Below, one piece after another: positions 22,088 to 31,062 of a stretch of 64,000 bases of DNA (within the stretch, counting starts at the first letter, position 1; the number at the start of each line of letters is the position of its first letter). The position numbers and the translations under genes were made by a program. Below the pieces are notes generated by a model. That model was not told where the DNA came from, did not search any database, and saw nothing but the letters and a program-made list of their open reading frames with translations. Source of the DNA: a virus; IMG/VR virus record IMGVR_UViG_3300027712_000018; one strand, 5' to 3'.

Positions 22088-23722
22088 CTACTGCGGAGTG
22101 TTTAAATTTGGTGATGGTGGAGTGCCATGTATGAAATTTCCTGCAACATGATTTATTAGAGTTGGCCAATGAGACATTTGAGAATGATCGTCAATTGCAG
22201 TCCATTTTCTAACTGAAGCCACATCAATGTGAATAAAGGTCTTGTACGTACCAATACCACCAGCAAGGTGTTGACTGGCAGTTTTGATGAACGCTTCACC
22301 CGAAGCAAAATCAGTTCCGAAAGATGATCGAATAACATCCATAGCCAATCCTGTTTTATGGGCGCTGTCTTTTGCAGGCCACTGACTTTTAGGCAGTCCC
22401 TCATCTATAGCTTTTTGTCTAATGTATTGGTTATATTCGGGCGATCTAAATCCGCTTTTTATTTCTAATCTTTTACCAATCACCTTAGAAACTCTAATTC
22501 CCAAAATAAGAACATTTGGGTTGAGGTTTTTGACACCAATGCCTGGACTTTTTAATTCTGGGTGGCCCGGAATAATATTGTCCATACTGTCTCCAATGGT
22601 GCTGAAGTCGAACCATGTAGCACCAGCATGACTACTACCAGACATTTGATCAGCGGGAGTAGCAATGATTGATGCCGCAATAGATTTCTCTTCATCTGTA
22701 GGTGGTTCTGAAAAGAAAGAGGACGGAGTAGCTTGACCAGCACCATTTACAGAAGGCGCAGCAATTGAACTATTAGAACCAGAAGTGGAAAAATTAAGAG
22801 ATTGAGCCAAGTTTTTCTTAATTTCGTCAGCATTGATGTCACTTATTCTAAATGCACCAGACGTTATAGCATCTAAAGTAAATTGTTGTGAATTATTAAA
22901 TATGACGTTCTTGATGTTTTCAGCATTCTTCAAATCATCCTGAAGACTCTTCAATGGGGCTTTCATGAACTGTTCAACAGCATTTGACAGTTGACAAAAT
23001 CTATAAGTTAGGTATAATATGTTATCAGCAGTGATTGATTTAAACTTGTTTGCTGCTGAAGATATGGCATTGCTTACGATATCCTTTAGAGTAGACACAT
23101 TAAGATCACTAAAGAAGTCTGTAGCCTTTTTGACTTTATCTGCAAGTGCTTTGATAGATCCTATGCCTGCTGTAATTTTACTAGTCAATTGGTTAATAGT
23201 CTTAGTGAGTTTTGATTTGATCTTATCAATTAGACCATGTAATAGATTTTTAATACTCAACACACTAGATATGATGTTATTAATTTTGTCAAGAATTTTA
23301 AAAACACTTTTTAGTAGGCCATTGAAGGTGGTGCAAAGACTATCGGTACTTGATGCAAAGTTGGTTGTGTAATGTGCGTCAATGTTTGTTAGATAATCTA
23401 TTGCGGAGATTGATAATGGATATGTTGCAACCAAAGGAACCGTAGTTACGAGTGTGGCAGTCGCATCTAAGAAATCCGCATATTCTGTTGGAGTAATAGG
23501 GCCAGATCTTATACGATCAACCAGCATAGGAAAATCGTATTCGGGATGATTCAAAATGATATCAACAAAATCACTTAGTCCGGCAATTGCACTATTTAAA
23601 AATCCTGAATTATATTTCAACGCAGAATCGTTCTGTTGATTAAACAGAACGCTTATTGAGAGCACGCTAGCTTCCAAATCTTTTGATGTACTATCTAAAT
23701 TAAAATATGGATTACAAGACAT
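22088..23722 (-). CDS. baseplate-associated protein with C-terminal peptidase M15 (Zn D-Ala-D-Ala/endolysin-like) domain
   Basis: SGFRSPEYN, SAHKTGLAMD and GIGTY.TFIHID motifs; long helical N-terminal region. Confidence 0.75.
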   Translation of the reverse strand: MSCNPYFNLDSTSKDLEASVLSISVLFNQQNDSALKYNSGFLNSAIAGLSDFVDIILNHPEYDFPMLVDRIRSGPITPTEYADFLDATATLVTTVPLVATYPLSISAIDYLTNIDAHYTTNFASSTDSLCTTFNGLLKSVFKILDKINNIISSVLSIKNLLHGLIDKIKSKLTKTINQLTSKITAGIGSIKALADKVKKATDFFSDLNVSTLKDIVSNAISSAANKFKSITADNILYLTYRFCQLSNAVEQFMKAPLKSLQDDLKNAENIKNVIFNNSQQFTLDAITSGAFRISDINADEIKKNLAQSLNFSTSGSNSSIAAPSVNGAGQATPSSFFSEPPTDEEKSIAASIIATPADQMSGSSHAGATWFDFSTIGDSMDNIIPGHPELKSPGIGVKNLNPNVLILGIRVSKVIGKRLEIKSGFRSPEYNQYIRQKAIDEGLPKSQWPAKDSAHKTGLAMDVIRSSFGTDFASGEAFIKTASQHLAGGIGTYKTFIHIDVASVRKWTAIDDHSQMSHWPTLINHVAGNFIHGTPPSPNLNTPQ

Positions 23723-23731
23723 TTCTATTCC

Positions 23732-25516
23732 TTATACTGCAGTGCTTTCGTCAATATGACTAGCACCCATAGTTCCTGGTGTTGGCGAAGGTTTCACGTC
23801 TACAGATCTACCGACTTCATGTGCGGGTGGTGTAGGTAAATTGATGGCACCTGTGGTATCATCTAAGTCTGCTACATCTACTACTGGCGCACCTTGTTGT
23901 AACTTTACATCTGCACCGTCTAATTTTATATCCCCCGTTGCGAGAAGATGAGTTTCGCCTGATGCTTTTAATCCTATAGTAGCGGAGTTGACGAGGTACA
24001 CGCCAGTCTTTTGTTGGATGCTGTTCTGACCATTAAAGAATATCGAATCCGCTTTTATAGAGGTTAATCCGACAGATTGCATTTCAAGTTTCTCGGCGGC
24101 CAACATACTAAGGTCGCCTACCTTAGACGAGATACCGATACGTGATGCGCCGATGTCCAATGAACCACCTGAGTTCATGATGATATTGCCTGCAGCTTGC
24201 ATATTGATATTCGAACCAGAAGTGATGTTCATATCGCCTGTTGAGTGTAGACTTAGAACGCCACCATCAACCAAAACCGCATAACCACCTTTTGACACAT
24301 TGGTAGTGAACCCCTCGACTACTTCTTCCAGATCATTTGAAGAATTGATATGTACACGACCAACACTATTTATCGTCACATTGCCATTTTGATCTAAGAT
24401 AATATGCGAGCCAGATCTGTGCATCACTTTGATGTGTTCACTGTCTCTGTTTGAACCAGCGTGCATTTCAATATACGACCCATCGTATCGTGCATTCCAC
24501 ACACCCGTTTTATAAGATCCGCCAGAAGGAACTCCCGGATGAGTTAAGATATATCCTTTGTCATTGTAAGATTTACCGTCAAGTATCGCACCACCATCAG
24601 GCGTCTTGTGTTGATGTTCGCCTGTGGCCTGAGGGGGTAGTGCTAAATGACTAAACTTCTCAATAACTTCGGCACTTAGCTTTAACCATGGGTTGGTTGG
24701 TGGAACTGTAGTTGGAGTGTTGTTTGCCGTACCTGTTATTTGATTGTATTTTTTTAGAAAATCTGCTGAATATGTGGTTGATGTTAAACCAGGATTTGCA
24801 GCTATCTGTTCCGCAGTCATGGCACCAGAAGCCTTTCCAGTATACCACACGTTAGCGAGAGCGGTCAAATCGTTATTGTTATGAGATAGGATATCGTTGA
24901 CGTTATATGCAGCAACGGCGTCTTGTATGTCTGGTGGAGCATCTACAGCTCTAGCGTATTGAGTACCAATTCCAGATAATTTGGTATACGATTGCCACGT
25001 AGCATCAATATAGCCATAAGCGCCAGATGCAGAAGATTTTGAAGTTGGGTTACTGATTTTTGCATCGGCGGTATAACTACCACTCGATTCTTTGGATTTA
25101 AGCGTTTCGAGAATTGCTTTAGTGCTACCAGCTGGAGCATTAACTCCCATCGTGGCTGCGGCAGATGATCCTACTTGCCCAGATTGTCCAGCACCACCAC
25201 TAGACGAACTAGAGGTAACAGGGACACCAAACTTCGCTGTTGGAATGATACCAAAGACGAGGGGTTGTTGTGCATCACGACCATCTAGGAATGCGCCAAA
25301 GACGAGTTCGCCACGGTCATGTGGTGTGTGCATGTGTGGACTTGCCGCAAGGACGGGAGCCCAAGGCAGATCGTCAGTATCGACGGTGTTCTCTTCAATG
25401 GTCGGATGAAACCCGAATGCACGAATTTTTACTCGGCCAGCATTGATAGGATCATTGACATCTTCAATCAGACCCATAAACCATGTAAGATTAGTTAATC
25501 CATCATATACTATCAT
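23732..25516 (-). CDS. baseplate hub / central spike gp5 with inserted lysozyme-fold domain
   Basis: OB-fold WFMG.IEDVNDP..GRVKIR.FGFH, LPWA, FLDG.DAQQP; internal ESSG..SASGAYGYI..TW..APP.IQD; C-terminal beta-helix repeats. Confidence 0.88.
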   Translation of the reverse strand: MIVYDGLTNLTWFMGLIEDVNDPINAGRVKIRAFGFHPTIEENTVDTDDLPWAPVLAASPHMHTPHDRGELVFGAFLDGRDAQQPLVFGIIPTAKFGVPVTSSSSSGGAGQSGQVGSSAAATMGVNAPAGSTKAILETLKSKESSGSYTADAKISNPTSKSSASGAYGYIDATWQSYTKLSGIGTQYARAVDAPPDIQDAVAAYNVNDILSHNNNDLTALANVWYTGKASGAMTAEQIAANPGLTSTTYSADFLKKYNQITGTANNTPTTVPPTNPWLKLSAEVIEKFSHLALPPQATGEHQHKTPDGGAILDGKSYNDKGYILTHPGVPSGGSYKTGVWNARYDGSYIEMHAGSNRDSEHIKVMHRSGSHIILDQNGNVTINSVGRVHINSSNDLEEVVEGFTTNVSKGGYAVLVDGGVLSLHSTGDMNITSGSNINMQAAGNIIMNSGGSLDIGASRIGISSKVGDLSMLAAEKLEMQSVGLTSIKADSIFFNGQNSIQQKTGVYLVNSATIGLKASGETHLLATGDIKLDGADVKLQQGAPVVDVADLDDTTGAINLPTPPAHEVGRSVDVKPSPTPGTMGASHIDESTAV

Positions 25517-26865
25517 TTAGTTCCAATTCCATATCTTGAGATTTTAAGATTCTGAGTGTATGTTTTGTTTTGAAAAACGTTTTTAATTTCGTTGACGATA
25601 TAATATCCCGAACGTTCAAGATCAATCTCAGCACCAGCGGATCTTGTACTATCGACCCTCTTACGTAAAGGAATTTGCAAGTTAATAACAGATCCAGCTA
25701 CAATTGCATTCTTACCGTAAATAGTCGCTTCAAACGTGTTTTGGTTATAATGATAAAAGTACGAAGTCTTTCTTGTATACAATTCCATGTAGTTCATATC
25801 GTTTCTCACTGCAGGGCCCGAAGGATCGCCAGCCCCACTGTAATCTTTGATCACGAATCGTAGATGTTTGTCGGTCATCGTATCGTTAATGAAGTTATTG
25901 GAATGTGCCAACTTGACATTCTTTTCTTTATAATCATCTTGAATACTATAGACAGGAATTGTTTGTGCAGTTCCATTCAATATGTTAATTTCACTGATAC
26001 GTTTCTTATAAGCGCCATACTTGATATCGTTAATACTATTGACCTTTTCGCCAAAGTCAAAGGAGATGACGTTAGACATAATGGCAGTTTGATTCTCAGG
26101 TCCAAGGTTTGGTAGGTAGTTGTAACTATAGATATGGGCGTTAGGTAGTGTCAGACCTTGCGATTGATCATAGTATCCTGTTGTGGATGATACGCCGTCA
26201 ATGCCATACCAATCTCGAACGTATTCATTAGTTCCAAAGAAGTATGCGTCACGATTTTCGAAGAACCTAAACGTCTGAGTTTTTGATTCTGACTTGAAAG
26301 CGTGTCGTGCAAAGAACAAAAACGTTTCGGTGGGAGTATAATTTGGTATCACAAGATTGATGATATTAGTTGTGGTGTCGCAATGCAAGACTTTAGTCTT
26401 GAGCTGTTTATCTTTTAACGGTTTCATATAGACATCATCAAATACTGACTTGACATATGTTGAAATAACATCATCTTTATAGGATTTCATGATACGATTG
26501 CTATCACTCAACACTCTAGGAATAGAAACAAAGTTGAGTGTGTATTGAATCAGAGTTGGGTTTGATTCGTCGGGGTATTTAACGTCAGATACAGAATACA
26601 CCAAAAACATATCAGTACGAGTTTGGCCAAAGAAGTCTGTATATTTAAACTCAATAAACTCTTCACCAATCACAGGCAGTCTTGACAGAATGTCTTGGCC
26701 ATCAAACACGGTTGTACTACCACTCATGAATGGCGTTGACATGGATTCGTTGATTGAGAATCCCGATATTAATTGAGAGATTTCAATTTTACTACTACGG
26801 TCATAATTACTAAGATACACACTCACTAATTGATACTGACCAGCTTGGAATTGTGTATTAGACAC
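25513..26865 (-). CDS. baseplate hub protein (gp27-like)
   Basis: ESM..PFMSG, LPVIGEE, FFEN and SGYYIV..I motifs; lies between gp53 and gp5. Confidence 0.7.
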   Translation of the reverse strand: MSNTQFQAGQYQLVSVYLSNYDRSSKIEISQLISGFSINESMSTPFMSGSTTVFDGQDILSRLPVIGEEFIEFKYTDFFGQTRTDMFLVYSVSDVKYPDESNPTLIQYTLNFVSIPRVLSDSNRIMKSYKDDVISTYVKSVFDDVYMKPLKDKQLKTKVLHCDTTTNIINLVIPNYTPTETFLFFARHAFKSESKTQTFRFFENRDAYFFGTNEYVRDWYGIDGVSSTTGYYDQSQGLTLPNAHIYSYNYLPNLGPENQTAIMSNVISFDFGEKVNSINDIKYGAYKKRISEINILNGTAQTIPVYSIQDDYKEKNVKLAHSNNFINDTMTDKHLRFVIKDYSGAGDPSGPAVRNDMNYMELYTRKTSYFYHYNQNTFEATIYGKNAIVAGSVINLQIPLRKRVDSTRSAGAEIDLERSGYYIVNEIKNVFQNKTYTQNLKISRYGIGTK

Positions 26866-27448
26866 TCAATAGTTCCTTCAATTCAGATTCGGCCTGTGCC
26901 GCATAAGTTCTATTAAACAAGAAGATGTTTCTCTTGTTTTCATTTACTTCGTATTCATATTCGTAGATTCTAACGGGTGACCAATTTGCAGCACTAATCA
27001 ATTGCAGAGTGTTATTTAACGTGTAGGTATCGACACTGATTCTCGTATCATTGGCGTCTTTATAATACAAAACATTTTCCGTTATATTGGCATCCATTGT
27101 CCAATTGATAATGTCATTACCTTTGTAATTTGCATTATAGGCCTGCGCTTGCGCCGCATACTTCTTTATAAGCATGTTATTAAAATTAATGGAATCCAAA
27201 GGCCATTGATTAGACGGATCAATGATGTTATTGGCCATATAGATTAACCAAACTTTACCTTGGTCATTGTAATAATGATATGCGATTTCTTCGGCTCTTT
27301 CGCCTTCACTGACTGTGTATGAAAGGAAGTTGATGGGTTGACTGTAGAGTTGTTCGACAATCTTCGAACGTCTTGTTATATCAACAACCGACTTGTTGTT
27401 GTATTGCACGACAGGAAAATATTTGAAATAGTTGATTGAGTTTGACAT
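26858..27448 (-). CDS. baseplate wedge subunit gp53
   Basis: YFKYFP; GERAE.IAY.YY; W.I..ANNIIDP..QWP; YEYE...NE.KRNI. Confidence 0.92.
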   Translation of the reverse strand: MSNSINYFKYFPVVQYNNKSVVDITRRSKIVEQLYSQPINFLSYTVSEGERAEEIAYHYYNDQGKVWLIYMANNIIDPSNQWPLDSINFNNMLIKKYAAQAQAYNANYKGNDIINWTMDANITENVLYYKDANDTRISVDTYTLNNTLQLISAANWSPVRIYEYEYEVNENKRNIFLFNRTYAAQAESELKELLSV

Positions 27449-28425
27449 TAGTGTATCCCCGTAACATTTTTAACCCAATCGAGACTTTGGTTAGCAAAAT
27501 CTCCGATATAAGAAGATTTGAGATTTTGAGTAACACCATAATCATTAGCGGTATGAATGTTAACTTCCGTCAATTCCATTGCTAATTCTACAACAACTGG
27601 CTTACCACCTTTAAACACGTTAAGTTGATCGCCACCATTATATCTAACATTGAATGATGTAATGAAAGCGGGTTTTAATTTATAGTAATACTCTTGGTCA
27701 ATACCTAAAAAAGATATGTTTGCTAAATGGGGATACTTCAATAGATTGTGAGCAGATCCATATCCGGAAACCGCAATATATTCTGGTAATATGTTTTTTT
27801 TAATCGTTGCGACAATATCTTTTATGGCATCTGAGTCGTCTCTATTTGAGGCCGACAAACGCCAACTGAATGAGTGGGTTTTTAACTTGACGCCTTTGAA
27901 TTCCATTGTTTCATATGGGTTGATGGCTGCACCGTTTAAAAGACTTCCTGTGGTTCCCGTATCAACACCAGCAATAATTCCAGCGCCTGCCAGAATTGCA
28001 CCCGCCCCTGCCAAAAAGCCGTTGTTAGAACTGGATAAAGCATTACCAGCAGCCAATGCAGTCTTTTGAATGATATCTGCATAGTATCGTACATCGGCGG
28101 ATGCGGAGTCGCCATTGACCCAAGAATCTTTACCACCACGCATACCCATCACGAATGATGCCAAACCAGCATCTGCGGAAGATATTTCAAGACCAGTGGT
28201 ATCGTTTAGTTGCAATGGTAACGGAAGAACAATAGTTTCTTTGTTTATCTCATTTTTCCCACCAGCACCAGCATTGACATCGCCGTATGAGTATTCTTTG
28301 AAACCCAAGATCATCAGATAAGGAATGGCTTCAGATTTTGGAAACTTATGAATCACCGTTCCAACTTGACTGTTTCTTCTGCTTTTTGATATAACATCTC
28401 TTGGATTTTCAATGAATCCCGACAT
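27448..28425 (-). CDS. baseplate tail-tube cap gp48
   Basis: INPYE..EFKGV..KTHSFSW, YP and ELTE motifs; synteny. Confidence 0.8.
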   Translation of the reverse strand: MSGFIENPRDVISKSRRNSQVGTVIHKFPKSEAIPYLMILGFKEYSYGDVNAGAGGKNEINKETIVLPLPLQLNDTTGLEISSADAGLASFVMGMRGGKDSWVNGDSASADVRYYADIIQKTALAAGNALSSSNNGFLAGAGAILAGAGIIAGVDTGTTGSLLNGAAINPYETMEFKGVKLKTHSFSWRLSASNRDDSDAIKDIVATIKKNILPEYIAVSGYGSAHNLLKYPHLANISFLGIDQEYYYKLKPAFITSFNVRYNGGDQLNVFKGGKPVVVELAMELTEVNIHTANDYGVTQNLKSSYIGDFANQSLDWVKNVTGIH

Positions 28426-28437
28426 TTCCTAATCCTT

Positions 28438-28469
28438 TATAAATACGTATAGGCTTTTAGTTATTTATA
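28438..28469. promoter_or_regulatory. two opposed T4-type late promoters (TATAAATA)
   Basis: TATAAATA on plus at 28438-28445 (towards gp4) and on minus at 28462-28469 (towards gp48), between divergent late operons. Confidence 0.85.
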
Positions 28470-28478
28470 TAGGTATCC

Positions 28479-28937
28479 ATGGCAACTCTTAAAGGTAGAT
28501 TTAAACCAAACAACCCGTCTAAATACAGCGGCGATCCTACTAACATTATTTATAGATCATCGTGGGAACTTAAGGTTATGATGTTTTTAGATTCACATCC
28601 AAATGTTTTGAAATGGAATTCGGAAGAAATTGTTATACCATATGAAAGCCCAGTTGACGGAAGAATTCACCGATACTTTCCCGACTTCTTTGTAGAACAA
28701 ATAAATAAGGATGGTAAGAGAGAAAAGGTTTTGATTGAAGTCAAGCCTAAACATCAGACTATCGCACCTAGTGTCGGCAATAAAATGACACCAAAAGGTA
28801 TGATCAGTAAGAAGTATCTGAATGAAGTTATGACATATGGCATCAATCAAGCCAAGTGGACATCAGCTCGAAAAATATGCAAAGATCGTGGTTGGAAGTT
28901 CCAAATCATGACAGAAGATCATTTAGGGATTAAGTAA
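28479..28937 (+). CDS. head completion nuclease gp4 (TnsA-like)
   Basis: KY.GDPTNIIYRSSWE, WNSEE..IPY, HRYFPDF, EVKP, NQAKW. Confidence 0.95.
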   Translation: MATLKGRFKPNNPSKYSGDPTNIIYRSSWELKVMMFLDSHPNVLKWNSEEIVIPYESPVDGRIHRYFPDFFVEQINKDGKREKVLIEVKPKHQTIAPSVGNKMTPKGMISKKYLNEVMTYGINQAKWTSARKICKDRGWKFQIMTEDHLGIK

Positions 28938-29533
28938 TGGCATTAGTATTTGATACAATTCTGAATCAGGGCGTTCGTGGGGGTCAGATCCCTGCACGAA
29001 CCCAAGAAGCACGTGATTGGTATCGTAACACTGCTAAAACGTATAGCAATGTGACTGAGAACCAATTCCTCAAGGGAGCCGAGGCAACAAGGTTCAGTAA
29101 CACCCCCATGGTCGGTCAGATGTATATGTTTCGATACAACGCCAAATGGAAGGACGAACTGCCATATTGGGATAAGTTCCCGTTGGTGTTTCCCTTTAAA
29201 AAGATCAAGGGTGGATTTCTTGGCCTGAACATGCACTACCTACCCCTGAACTACAGAGCTCAGTTGATGGATGCATTGTATACGGTGACGAACAACCAAC
29301 TGTATAACGAGACCACCAAACTCAAATTGAATTACGACATTCTGAATGGTGTTTCCAAGTTCAGATATTTCAAACCAACAATCAAGCACTATCTGTCAGA
29401 TCATTTGACGAGTAGATTCTTATATGTATATCCTGCTGAATGGGATATGGCTCTGTTTCTACCACTTGAGAAATTCCAAAAAGCAAACAAACAGGAAGTC
29501 TGGAAAGACTCAAGAAAGATTATAGGTCGTTAA
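28937..29533 (+). CDS. DNA end protector protein gp2
   Basis: LPYWDKFPL, GFLGLNMHYLP, KHYL, EW..A.FLP. Confidence 0.95.
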   Translation: MALVFDTILNQGVRGGQIPARTQEARDWYRNTAKTYSNVTENQFLKGAEATRFSNTPMVGQMYMFRYNAKWKDELPYWDKFPLVFPFKKIKGGFLGLNMHYLPLNYRAQLMDALYTVTNNQLYNETTKLKLNYDILNGVSKFRYFKPTIKHYLSDHLTSRFLYVYPAEWDMALFLPLEKFQKANKQEVWKDSRKIIGR

Positions 29534-30184
29534 ATGCCATTCAATTTATCCCAATTTAGAAGTTCTATAAACAATAACGGTATTGCTAAGACCAACACTT
29601 ATGAGGTAATCATTGGAGTTACTTCATCATTACAAAATATCGCCAACGTCACGATGCCAATTACCAGTGAGTTGACTCTGAGATGTCAGTCTATTCAATT
29701 ACCCGAAATCGACTTGATGACGTTGCCATACTACCCAAAAGTAATCGGGGGTGGTGAACGCCGAGTTGTTGGTATCAATCAATTCAAAGTCATTCCAATG
29801 GAGTTTATCGTTGACACCGATATGCGGATTGTTCAGTTCTTTCAGAATTGGTTACAAGGTATTGTCAACTACTATTCGCCTCCTGGTTATAACTTTAATG
29901 CCATCAACGATATCCAATTACCATATGAGCTATCATACAGAGACGAATATGCTGTTCAGGTAACCATCAACGTCTATCCTCAAGGTATGATTAACGGTGA
30001 CGAGACACCGCAGACCTATCAACTATTCAGAGCCTTTCCGATAAACATGGGTAACATCACACTGAGTTATGCGGATGAGAACAAACACATGATTCTTCCA
30101 ATCGGTTTCACATACGATTCGATTGAAGCATCAGGTTTGAAAAGAGGCCTTAATCTATCAGACATCACAACTGGATCATTATAA
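29534..30184 (+). CDS. tail tube initiator / tube-fold protein (gp54-like)
   Basis: FF..W...I, Y.DEY, L..AFP.NMG.I.LSY tube-protein motifs; synteny. Confidence 0.75.
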   Translation: MPFNLSQFRSSINNNGIAKTNTYEVIIGVTSSLQNIANVTMPITSELTLRCQSIQLPEIDLMTLPYYPKVIGGGERRVVGINQFKVIPMEFIVDTDMRIVQFFQNWLQGIVNYYSPPGYNFNAINDIQLPYELSYRDEYAVQVTINVYPQGMINGDETPQTYQLFRAFPINMGNITLSYADENKHMILPIGFTYDSIEASGLKRGLNLSDITTGSL

Positions 30185-30202
30185 CAAAGAGAGAACTAAA
30201 TT

Positions 30203-30898
30203 ATGAGTTTGCCTAAAATTGATTTGCCACTATTCGAACTAACACTTCCGTCTACTGGCAAGAAGTTAAAGTATAGACCTTTTAATGTTCGTGAAGAAAA
30301 GATTCTTCTGTTAGCACAAGAATCCAATGACTTGGATCAGATCGTCTTAGCAATTAAACAGATCATTACCAACTGTGTTGTCGATATTGATGTTGACACT
30401 TTGCCTATGTTTGACTTAGAGTATATCCTTATACACATCAGATCAAAGTCTGTCAACAACGAAATTGAATTCAGCATAATAGACGCCGAGACCGAAGAGA
30501 GCATCAAACTCAAACTCGACTTGAATACCGTCGAATTAAAGATCAATGAGAAACACACTAAGAAGATTGCCATCAACGACGACTACACCCTTATCATGAA
30601 ATACCCAACGATTGATCAGATCAAAGAACTGCGTGAATCAGAAGACTCCGACTACGAACTGATGGTTGGCTCGATTGATATGTTGATCAGTAATGATGGT
30701 GACAAGATCTATAAGTTCTCTGAGTTCTCTAAGGCCGAAGTGACGACCTTTATTGAAGACCTCAATGCCAAAACGGTCGGTGATATCAAGTTCTTCTTTG
30801 AGACACTCCCCGTGTTACGTGTCGAATTTCAATATAAGAACAATCTAGGCAACGACAGAACCTTTGTATTGGAGGGACTGAACAGTTTTTTTATCTAA
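30203..30898 (+). CDS. baseplate hub assembly chaperone gp26
   Basis: MSLPKI..P, YRPFNVREEKILL, FDLEY..I.IR.KSV, MKYP, LEGL.SFF. Confidence 0.92.
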   Translation: MSLPKIDLPLFELTLPSTGKKLKYRPFNVREEKILLLAQESNDLDQIVLAIKQIITNCVVDIDVDTLPMFDLEYILIHIRSKSVNNEIEFSIIDAETEESIKLKLDLNTVELKINEKHTKKIAINDDYTLIMKYPTIDQIKELRESEDSDYELMVGSIDMLISNDGDKIYKFSEFSKAEVTTFIEDLNAKTVGDIKFFFETLPVLRVEFQYKNNLGNDRTFVLEGLNSFFI

Positions 30899-31062
30899 TG
30901 GTGAGTCACAGTGATCTGGCTCACTATTATAAAAACAACTTTTCTTTGATGCAATACCATAAATATTCACTGAACGATATAGAGAATATGATACCCTACG
31001 AACGTGATCTGTACATTACCATGCTGATAGAATCACTAGAAAGAGATAAAGTAAATGGCTGA
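30898..31062 (+). CDS. baseplate hub assembly catalyst gp51 (54 aa; absent from the ORF track)
   Basis: Manual translation MVSHSDLAHYYKNNFSLMQYHKYSLNDIENMIPYERDLYITMLIESLERDKVNG*; LMQYHKYSL..IENMIP.ER motif. Confidence 0.88.
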   Translation: MVSHSDLAHYYKNNFSLMQYHKYSLNDIENMIPYERDLYITMLIESLERDKVNG

